The translations under genes and the position numbers were made by a program. Below the pieces are notes generated by a model. That model saw only the letters and a list, made by a program, of their open reading frames with translations. It made no database searches and was not told the DNA's origin. A stretch of DNA of 64,000 bases, from the sequence record NC_047995.1; one strand, 5' to 3'. Every line of letters starts with the position of its first letter. The first letter of the stretch is position 1. This document shows positions 57,081 through 64,000 of this stretch, piece after piece.

Positions 57081-57617
57081 TTACTGTGGGATTTGATCAA
57101 CGATATCGAACGTATGGACTTCGGCTGTGTAGCCCTGTCTAAACATACGACCTTCCGAACGAGCGGCAGCTTGCTCAAACGATGGGGGCGACCAACTGAT
57201 TGCAGCTTCGACCGAGATAAGAACTTGCTCGTCCCACATATCACCGTCTTCAAGGTAGTCGGCAATCAACTGGAGAGCAGCAGGACGATCGAGGCCCAGA
57301 TGCGCAAGCTCGGCGATAATGAGTTTCGGAGCAGTGCTGTCTTTCATCTCGTCGAGTTCGTATTGCAGGTCAGACAGAGAGTTAACCTGATGTGCGCTAA
57401 CTTCCGACAGACCTTCATACGGCTCTGCTCCGAAATAAGCAATTGCAAAGTCAGGGATATCGGTTTGACTAACAAAAAAGTGAGGTGCGTCCACCAGAAT
57501 CGAAGGCGAGGCGCACATCTGGAGAAAACCCATATACGGATGTTTAATCTCATGGGCTTCTACCGAGCAGGACTTCCCAGCAAGATCTTGCATTATGCTG
57601 TGTGCGAGATTATTCAT
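57081..57617 (-). CDS. Hypothetical protein (178 aa)
   Basis: Start moved to MNNLAH (57617, GAGG RBS). Confidence 0.65.
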   Translation of the reverse strand: MNNLAHSIMQDLAGKSCSVEAHEIKHPYMGFLQMCASPSILVDAPHFFVSQTDIPDFAIAYFGAEPYEGLSEVSAHQVNSLSDLQYELDEMKDSTAPKLIIAELAHLGLDRPAALQLIADYLEDGDMWDEQVLISVEAAISWSPPSFEQAAARSEGRMFRQGYTAEVHTFDIVDQIPQ

Positions 57618-57624
57618 TGTAACC

Positions 57625-57837
57625 TCATTTCTCAGGAGTAGGGGTAAAGGGACTGTGGACAAACGGGTTAGTCTTATCGACATACAGGAACCCGAATGCG
57701 TTTTGTTTGTAAGACTGACGCGCAGCCGATTGCTTGCGTTTGGCTTCGGCACGTTGCGCGTCCTGCTCGTCAAAGATACCTCGACGATGGAACTTAAAAT
57801 CAGGGTGTACTGAAATATCTTTGACGATAGCTGTCAT
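57625..57837 (-). CDS. Hypothetical protein (70 aa)
   Basis: AAGGA RBS. Confidence 0.6.
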   Translation of the reverse strand: MTAIVKDISVHPDFKFHRRGIFDEQDAQRAEAKRKQSAARQSYKQNAFGFLYVDKTNPFVHSPFTPTPEK

Positions 57838-57847
57838 ACGTTATTCC

Positions 57848-58345
57848 TTATACTGGCTTAAGGTTAAGGTGGTGCCACGGGAAGTCTGCTTTCTCCACCA
57901 GCTCGTTCGCTGTACCCATCTCCGAGAACTTATCGAACACATGGCCATACATCGCGGCGAACTCTGCGTTCTCCAACTCTGCCTGCCAGTCTTCATCATC
58001 GGTAACATGTTTCTGCCACACTTCGTCGTGCAACTTAGTGAAGGTGTCAGAACGCTTTGGGTAAAGCATGGAGAACAGGTCACGCGCAAAACAAACGCGA
58101 TACGTGCCTTTCTCTTTAAGAGCCTGCAAGGATGTCAGGGGATGCGCTGCATCAAAAGCAGCAAGCACTTCTCCATACTGTTTGAATAGACGCTTGTTCT
58201 TTACAGCAATCAATTCTAACGGACAATCTTGGATTAGACGCTTCACGGTTTTCTTAGAACGCAACTCTGGCCATTCGGTTGGTGGGAGCACAGCACTTTG
58301 AGATAACTTGAACTCAAGTCGAAACAGAATTTCAATAGGGCTCAT
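57848..58345 (-). CDS. Hypothetical protein (165 aa)
   Basis: ATGA overlap; GAGG RBS. Confidence 0.7.
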   Translation of the reverse strand: MSPIEILFRLEFKLSQSAVLPPTEWPELRSKKTVKRLIQDCPLELIAVKNKRLFKQYGEVLAAFDAAHPLTSLQALKEKGTYRVCFARDLFSMLYPKRSDTFTKLHDEVWQKHVTDDEDWQAELENAEFAAMYGHVFDKFSEMGTANELVEKADFPWHHLNLKPV

Positions 58346-59919
58346 TCTGCGTCCTCTAAAAATGTAAGGTGGTCGGAGAATTGCTTCTTAAGGAATAACG
58401 CACCGTCAGAATGAACCGAGTCACCGACCGTTTCCATTAAAGCGCCATCATGTTCCAGAGAATAAACATGCTTCACCTGCGTGTCATCCACGATAAGACG
58501 GAACAGACACTCAGACTCTATGCCGCTGAAAATGTGGTTGAGCACCTTTCGTCTGCGACGTTCTGATATTCTTGCTTTCTTGAGATCGTACTTAACGCCA
58601 GACTTGCACGTTAAAGTTTTTTCGCCATGTTTTGTCTCGCGGACCGAGTCAATATAAATATCGGTCAATGATTTAAGCGCTACGCTCAGTGGCAGCGCGT
58701 TGTTATTCCATTTACGCAAGAAGTCGAACACCTTCCGGAACTCTATGTGATTGGTAAGTTCCTGGAAGACACGACTCTTATACGATATGGCAAGTTGTCC
58801 CATTGAAAAGAGCGTGGCATAGAAACAAATCTTGGTCGCAGCTTTTGGCAAATCATTCCTGTGTGCGATATCGTCAACGGAGGTTACGTCGTCCATAAAC
58901 GAACAATGAATCCCGTGTGTTTCGAGTTCACGCAACAGAATGTTGAGCTGGCTGCTGGACATATCCCAGTTAGTACCTATCGCACTGCACTCCTGTTTAA
59001 GTTCAGCAGGGAATGACTGGAAGCCACCACCCTTCTCAAACAATCGTCCACCAATCTTCGCCAGACGGTAGACAGGCATGTAGCGAATAGTCAGAGGATG
59101 CTCACGCACAATCTGCACAGGTCCGCTCAGGATAGATTGAAGACTCGACAGCACATGATGGTACTGCCCCTGTGATCGCTGCGACTTCATATACGACTTA
59201 TGCTCAAGGTAAGCCAGAATGGGATCGATTAGAATTTCATTCGGAGCCAACTTGTTGAGCACGGACGTATAGAGTTTCTTCGCTTCACGGTCCCTGTTAG
59301 AACATAGCGCGGTGAGATCGTGTCGAGGCCATTTGAACGGCTTCTTCACTGCCTCCTCCAGCATGTCCTTAATCGTCTGACCATATTGTTCATTGACCAA
59401 ACGCAGGGGACTGTACAAGCGAGTTACCGACAACAGGTCTTTGCTTGTCTGCGGATTCTCAGGGTACATGCAGCCTAACACTCCCGGTTTTATGCGGAAG
59501 CGACGGCACACACCAGCCTTACCTACTTTGAATATGTGGCTTTTGTATTCGAGAACATTTTCGAGCAACCAATCAAGGGCTCTGCTAAAATGCTGATCTG
59601 TTTTTGCAAAGTTAGGCGATACAGGTCCGCCCCTTTGAGATTTTACCCCGAACACCATAGGCAACACTTTACGCCCGAACGTTGAAGGGAAAGGTGTCCA
59701 AACCTCACCGAACTTAGCGTTACGCTGTTTGCTCTTTGTTGGCGTATAGATTGACAATTGAAGCACATGCCAGAAGAACAGATTTATCTGGCGTCTGTAC
59801 TCCGCTTCGAATTTCTTAGGCCCATCGTAAGGACAGGCATAAACTACGTGGTGCTGAACCCATTGTATCGGAAACATCTCTTGATACGTGGGATTCTTGA
59901 CTAAATACGGAGAAGCCAT
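58342..59919 (-). CDS. Divergent superfamily-A polymerase palm protein (TV-Pol-like, possible primase/polymerase)
   Basis: Ordered motifs GGRLFEKGGGFQSFP, WDMSSSQLNIL, KAATKICFYATLF, NHIFSGIESECL and LEHDGAL parallel the PolA motifs; no exonuclease domain. Confidence 0.6.
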   Translation of the reverse strand: MASPYLVKNPTYQEMFPIQWVQHHVVYACPYDGPKKFEAEYRRQINLFFWHVLQLSIYTPTKSKQRNAKFGEVWTPFPSTFGRKVLPMVFGVKSQRGGPVSPNFAKTDQHFSRALDWLLENVLEYKSHIFKVGKAGVCRRFRIKPGVLGCMYPENPQTSKDLLSVTRLYSPLRLVNEQYGQTIKDMLEEAVKKPFKWPRHDLTALCSNRDREAKKLYTSVLNKLAPNEILIDPILAYLEHKSYMKSQRSQGQYHHVLSSLQSILSGPVQIVREHPLTIRYMPVYRLAKIGGRLFEKGGGFQSFPAELKQECSAIGTNWDMSSSQLNILLRELETHGIHCSFMDDVTSVDDIAHRNDLPKAATKICFYATLFSMGQLAISYKSRVFQELTNHIEFRKVFDFLRKWNNNALPLSVALKSLTDIYIDSVRETKHGEKTLTCKSGVKYDLKKARISERRRRKVLNHIFSGIESECLFRLIVDDTQVKHVYSLEHDGALMETVGDSVHSDGALFLKKQFSDHLTFLEDAE

Positions 59920-60416
59920 TGCATACTCCAGAAAAAGTGCTTCTTGCTCTTGTTTTTTACAGTTTTAGGTGCTTTCGACCATTTTCTTTTGCTTTAGGTA
60001 CAAAACAGAGTCACATCTAACCCGTATTCAACCCATACACACCTCTACAGGGCCATCCGCCCCTCCCAACCAGGGGACCTGCTCACCGCAACAGCTAACT
60101 CATAGCTTCGCTGGGCAACTAGCAGCTAGGCGGGCTGGGATAGCGGGTAGATAGCGCTAGATTCATCAAGGACAATAGGGCTTTAATGGGTATCCGGAGT
60201 AGCAATTTAGCGCCTTCGTAGATCGCCGTATGAAGCTCCACGCGTATAGGGATTACGCCGTAGATGCCTTAAAAGCGAAAAGTCTTAGGCTGAATTTGGG
60301 TCAAAAATACCATGTAACTTTTTTTCGAAAACTCGCACTCAACTGTAGATTAGAGATGAATTTTATGAAAAACAGAGGAAAACCCGAATAAAATCAAGGA
60401 CTTTCCTCCGCGATCA
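59920..60416. other. About 500 bp non-coding region (origin or ncRNA candidate)
   Basis: No credible CDS; a C-rich block (about 60015-60090) is followed by a G-rich block (about 60120-60195), then an AT-rich tail. Confidence 0.35.
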
Positions 60417-61067
60417 TCACTTTTTCTGCGAAACACGCTTCCCGAGCTTAACTCCAATCTGCGTCAGAATGCGTTTCACTGTTTCACCGTCGTGTTCTTC
60501 CATTGCAGCGCCTAAACGCTCGCCCTGTTCACGCGATAGCTCCGGCATAATCATTTTCAGCATCATAGAGCGCTGTTTGGCTGCTTTAGACTTGCCTTTC
60601 GATACAGACACGCCATCATTCGCTGCTAACGCGCTGCTAATCGCCTTTTGCACACGACGATTGCCGAAGATATCGCCGAATATGTCACCGAACAGGTCTT
60701 TGAACGACATACCGCCGCTCATGATATCGTTCTTGGTGAAACGCACAGGCTGTCCAAGCGCGTTCGTGCTATGCGTCGATTCAACCTGATTCGTTGTACG
60801 CCCACCAGCACGGAAGTTCTCGTCAGGACGTGACGCTTTGCCTTCTGCACCTGGCTTAGTGTTGCCGTTGCGTAAATCAGGGTCACCTTCAACAGCCTTA
60901 TCAGGGTCGAACATATCGTCCGCTGTTTCGCTCTGGTTAGGGTCGAAGGGAATCTTGCCTGTCAGCTTATTCGGGTCAGGCCAGCTATCAGGAATGTCTG
61001 ACGCTGGTTGTGGCTTATTGGTCATATCGCCGTTCGCTTCGCTGTTCAGGCTGATTTTGACTTTCAT
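60417..61067 (-). CDS. Hypothetical protein with a Pro/Asp-rich N-terminal half and a KISL leader
   Basis: AGGAG RBS; MKVKISLNSEA. Confidence 0.7.
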   Translation of the reverse strand: MKVKISLNSEANGDMTNKPQPASDIPDSWPDPNKLTGKIPFDPNQSETADDMFDPDKAVEGDPDLRNGNTKPGAEGKASRPDENFRAGGRTTNQVESTHSTNALGQPVRFTKNDIMSGGMSFKDLFGDIFGDIFGNRRVQKAISSALAANDGVSVSKGKSKAAKQRSMMLKMIMPELSREQGERLGAAMEEHDGETVKRILTQIGVKLGKRVSQKK

Positions 61068-61075
61068 GGTTGCTC

Positions 61076-62182
61076 CTATCGGATTTTATAGCCTTTGAAA
61101 ATGTTGTACGCAATCTCTTTGCGCTGTACAGGACGAGTGGTGCACACCCATTCCCATTGTTCGTTGCGAGCCGTACGCTTCTTAGGTGCTTCCATTACTT
61201 TCAGCACATAGTTCTTGAACGGCAGGACGAGAATGTCCTCAGGCTCAATAGCGCCGCTACGTGCAGGCAGAACTATCGTGATGTTACCGACAGTCAGTTC
61301 CTGATCGTAGTTCAACACGTTCGCTTCTTCGCTGATGTTGCCTTTAACAGCCGGCACACCTAAATCGAAGATGATCGTTGCGTGTGTGAATGCCTCAACG
61401 CTTTTAACGCGGACAGTCACATGCTTACCTCGCCACGGCTCCAGATTTGCAGCAGTCAGTTCCTGCTCAACACCATTGATAACCAGCACAGGGCGAGGGA
61501 ATGCAGGCAGCATCTTCTCATTCAGCCTCACCGAATAAGTCGCCTGCGTAAAGTATTTTGGAATAAGCTGATCGAAATCAACGTGTCCGTCTTTACGCAC
61601 CTGCCTAAACGTCGCAGGGCTGGTGGACTGATCGAGCGTGTACGCTGTCAATGACTTTGCGTGGTGGTGCGTCATAACGTTGTACACGAAGCCTGTGCTG
61701 ATAAACCCAGGCACAATACCCTGACGGAAACAGATGCCACAGTTGACGTTGTTACCTGCATCCCATCCGTTTGAAACTTCTTCGTCGCCGTTGCCCATGA
61801 GGTCAGCAGCGTCCATAACTGCGTTCATACCGTCGTCGATATCGTCCAGTGACACTGCTTGGCGTCCACCGCCGAACATGCCTTTCGATACCGTACCGAT
61901 TTTAACACCAGCGTCCATCGCAGATGATTCACGGCCGAGCGACTTCATACCTCCGACCTGTTCGTCGAAGATATCGTTGTCCACTTTGTTGCAGCTACAG
62001 GTTAGGCCCATCTTCGCTTTCTTGAAGATGATGATATCGGTGGCGTCCACCTGCAATGCCTGTTCCACTTTCGACTGCACAACCTTCTGCACCGAGTCGA
62101 GGCGTTGCTGGACACGTTCCGTTTCGTAAGTCTTATGGCGGTCGTAAGCATTCCGAGGGCGTCCTCGTTCAATCCAGCTCAT
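61076..62182 (-). CDS. Putative virion head-completion/neck-type protein with Cys motifs
   Basis: TCSC and CGICFRQG Cys pairs; upstream CTAATTT; function is a guess from context. Confidence 0.45.
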   Translation of the reverse strand: MSWIERGRPRNAYDRHKTYETERVQQRLDSVQKVVQSKVEQALQVDATDIIIFKKAKMGLTCSCNKVDNDIFDEQVGGMKSLGRESSAMDAGVKIGTVSKGMFGGGRQAVSLDDIDDGMNAVMDAADLMGNGDEEVSNGWDAGNNVNCGICFRQGIVPGFISTGFVYNVMTHHHAKSLTAYTLDQSTSPATFRQVRKDGHVDFDQLIPKYFTQATYSVRLNEKMLPAFPRPVLVINGVEQELTAANLEPWRGKHVTVRVKSVEAFTHATIIFDLGVPAVKGNISEEANVLNYDQELTVGNITIVLPARSGAIEPEDILVLPFKNYVLKVMEAPKKRTARNEQWEWVCTTRPVQRKEIAYNIFKGYKIR

Positions 62183-62205
62183 AATCGTTCTCCTCTGTGT
62201 GGTTT

Positions 62206-62212
62206 AAATTAG
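62206..62212 (-). promoter_or_regulatory. Class B motif CTAATTT
   Basis: 24 nt upstream of ATG 62182, in the divergent intergenic region. Confidence 0.5.
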
Positions 62213-62280
62213 TGTGGAGAATTTAGGACCTTGACCCTAGTAAATACTTATTTAGAGTACGTTAAAACACGGAGCCTTTT

Positions 62281-62829
62281 ATGCGTATTCTTTCAGGCGA
62301 CCCGGGCAAGGTTAACTTTGCGTTGGCTGTTCAGGAGTTCAAGGACAAACGCATTACCGTGTTAGGGACGCGGATGTTTCAACATCCTATCCAGAATCTG
62401 CACCACGACATGCGACAGCCCACCAAGGAGTTCTTGGCTGAGTTAGAGCTGATGTGGAAGCTATACGGACCATTCGACGCGATGTGCTTCGAGCGCTTTC
62501 AGTCGCGTGGTCTAGGTGGTAACACCATTGAAGCAATCAGTCTGATGCTTGGTGTCATATCGTTCTTTGCTCTCAAAAAGAAATGCCCGCTCGATTTGAT
62601 TACGGCGAGCCAGTGGAAGAACGCGTTCAACCGTACAATGGACCTCAAGGGTTATTACGCACAACATAACCTGACGTCCAAAAAGAGTCGCAAAGCGATT
62701 CACGAATTTGATGCCAGCCTTATTGGCGTCTACACCTTCTACCGCCATTCAGGAATCAAACCATTTACTGGCTTCGCTCGCATCATTGATGTGTACGTGC
62801 CTAAATTCCTGGACGCACCTGTACTGTGA
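62281..62829 (+). CDS. ruvC: RuvC-like Holliday junction resolvase
   Basis: ILSGDPGKVNFA (D), CFERFQ (E), HEFDASLIG (D): RNase H-fold catalytic acids. Confidence 0.8.
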   Translation: MRILSGDPGKVNFALAVQEFKDKRITVLGTRMFQHPIQNLHHDMRQPTKEFLAELELMWKLYGPFDAMCFERFQSRGLGGNTIEAISLMLGVISFFALKKKCPLDLITASQWKNAFNRTMDLKGYYAQHNLTSKKSRKAIHEFDASLIGVYTFYRHSGIKPFTGFARIIDVYVPKFLDAPVL

Positions 62830-62835
62830 GGACAT

Positions 62836-63201
62836 ATGGAAAAGATTGAATTGTTACGCGTAGTGAAAGAGATTCTCAGCGCGTATGGCAAGGTTGAGTT
62901 TCTGGATCAAGGCCAAGTTGGCGTGAATACAGAACACCGCGCAACTTATGAAACGTTAATCACTGTGGTATCGGACAGCGACACAACTTTCCCAGAAGCG
63001 GATTTCCGCGCTAAGATTGCAGCGCAGATTGACGAATACCGTGTGGTGGGATTCAAGCGCACCTACAACGAACAGACCAGAGAGTTCGTTCTGCAACTGA
63101 CCGACCCTGTGTTCACCTACCGTGACCCTTCGGTATGCGATGCAAACGGCAAAACTCTGTACTCAATTTCCGTTGGTTTCCCGTTCGTGTCCACCAATTA
63201 A
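62836..63201 (+). CDS. Hypothetical protein (121 aa)
   Basis: GAGGA RBS. Confidence 0.7.
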   Translation: MEKIELLRVVKEILSAYGKVEFLDQGQVGVNTEHRATYETLITVVSDSDTTFPEADFRAKIAAQIDEYRVVGFKRTYNEQTREFVLQLTDPVFTYRDPSVCDANGKTLYSISVGFPFVSTN

Positions 63202-63202
63202 T

Positions 63203-63211
63203 CTGTAAATA
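63203..63211 (+). promoter_or_regulatory. Class A motif CTGTAAATA on the plus strand
   Basis: Orientation flips with the coding strand; 37 nt upstream of ATG 63248. Confidence 0.6.
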
Positions 63212-63247
63212 TCCTTACTAGGTTAATGTGCGTGTGGGATATTGAAA

Positions 63248-63928
63248 ATGGCGAAGTTAAAGAAAGAACGAGCGACCGCAGTATCGAAAAAGAAGGCTGT
63301 CGTCAAAACAAAGAAAGCGAAAGTACAAGCAATTCCTGTTCGTGTCGTGCAGGACACACGGCCGATCATCAACTGTCCTGAGATGGAAGAGAAGCCTCAA
63401 CCGTTTCGCTTTCGTGGCCAGTGCCCAATCGTTACCTGTCAGTATTGCACACGCGAAACCCCGACAGGCTGCATGGCGCTTGACCGCAAAGAGTCTGCTG
63501 ACCGTTCAATCTCTAACAAGGAGATCGCTTATTACAAACGTGGCCTCTTCCCAGAACTCAAAGAGATGGATCAAAAGCAGTTGGACAACACGATTCGACG
63601 CGCACAGAATCGTACCCGCACTGCTATCTGTCTTACTATGTTTATTGCCGGGATCGATGATTCTGATTGTGACCGCTCTTTTGCGTATGTAGAAGGACGG
63701 TCCCGCATTGTCGATCAGGTCCACAACTATTTGATTCAGACGTTCAACGACTACCGTCCGTGGATGCTTGCGTATCTTGACGACGAAGAACGATTCAATC
63801 AGATGGTTGGCAAAATAACCAATTCCGACTTTAATTTAGGTATGGCACTGCGCTTGACGCCTCGTAAGTATCAGACGTTCTGCCAGTCGCTACAAAACCT
63901 TAAAAATTCTGGAGACTCTCATGAGTAA
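63248..63928 (+). CDS. Basic hypothetical protein with a Cys cluster (possible Zn-binding regulator)
   Basis: Lys-rich N-terminus; CPIVTCQYC...GCM; upstream CTGTAAATA. Confidence 0.65.
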   Translation: MAKLKKERATAVSKKKAVVKTKKAKVQAIPVRVVQDTRPIINCPEMEEKPQPFRFRGQCPIVTCQYCTRETPTGCMALDRKESADRSISNKEIAYYKRGLFPELKEMDQKQLDNTIRRAQNRTRTAICLTMFIAGIDDSDCDRSFAYVEGRSRIVDQVHNYLIQTFNDYRPWMLAYLDDEERFNQMVGKITNSDFNLGMALRLTPRKYQTFCQSLQNLKNSGDSHE

Positions 63929-64000
63929 CTTTATTACCCTCGATCAGTATCGCGCTATTCTCAAGCGCAACATTCTGAAAGAGCCTCAGATGCTTGTCAT
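63921..64000 (+). CDS. 5' part of a CDS cut by the window end (MSNFITLDQYRAILKRNILKEPQMLV...)
   Basis: GGAGA RBS at 63911; overlaps the upstream stop. Confidence 0.65.
   Translation, partial: MSNFITLDQYRAILKRNILKEPQMLV

Noticed and set aside
1-64000. Stop-codon reassignment or programmed frameshifts
   Set aside because: Standard-code ORFs tile the window tightly with RBSs and stop/start overlaps; no split genes were seen

Overview
This 64 kb window (about 50% GC) is from a large lytic myovirus, very likely a jumbo phage. It is densely coding and almost all on the minus strand, with a divergent switch to the plus strand at about 62.2 kb. It holds: a virion module (1336-aa Ig-repeat fibre, its paralogous neighbours, contractile tail sheath); a replication/recombination set (family A DNA polymerase with an N-terminal UDG-like domain, DnaN-like clamp, DnaX-like loader, UvsW-like SF2 helicase, SbcC/SbcD-like pair, RuvC-like resolvase, HNH); a 1949-aa SNF2-type protein; cell-wall enzymes (GH108 muramidase, DUF2778/Tlde1-like protein, PG-binding protein); nucleotide enzymes (DHH, HAD, SLOG); and many basic Lys/Ala-rich proteins. 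From memory, the gene set resembles enterobacterial 'hairy' jumbo myoviruses (Y3/Yoloswag/JA11-like), but this was not checked. Main observations: (1) about 12 unrelated proteins share an N-terminal [IV]-S-x-S-A-type motif, and most lie downstream of one promoter-like motif. This suggests a capsid-targeting/maturation signal for a packaged cargo set that includes an ART-fold protein and the giant SNF2 protein. (2) A second, very divergent PolA-palm protein (TV-Pol-like) lies next to a 500 bp non-coding region. (3) Two promoter-like motifs, GTAAATA and [CA]TAATTT, largely separate replication genes from structural genes. (4) There is a four-member paralogue family with conserved ends and variable cores. 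(5) There is a 430 bp structured non-coding locus. All functional calls come from reading motifs by eye; no database searches were run.
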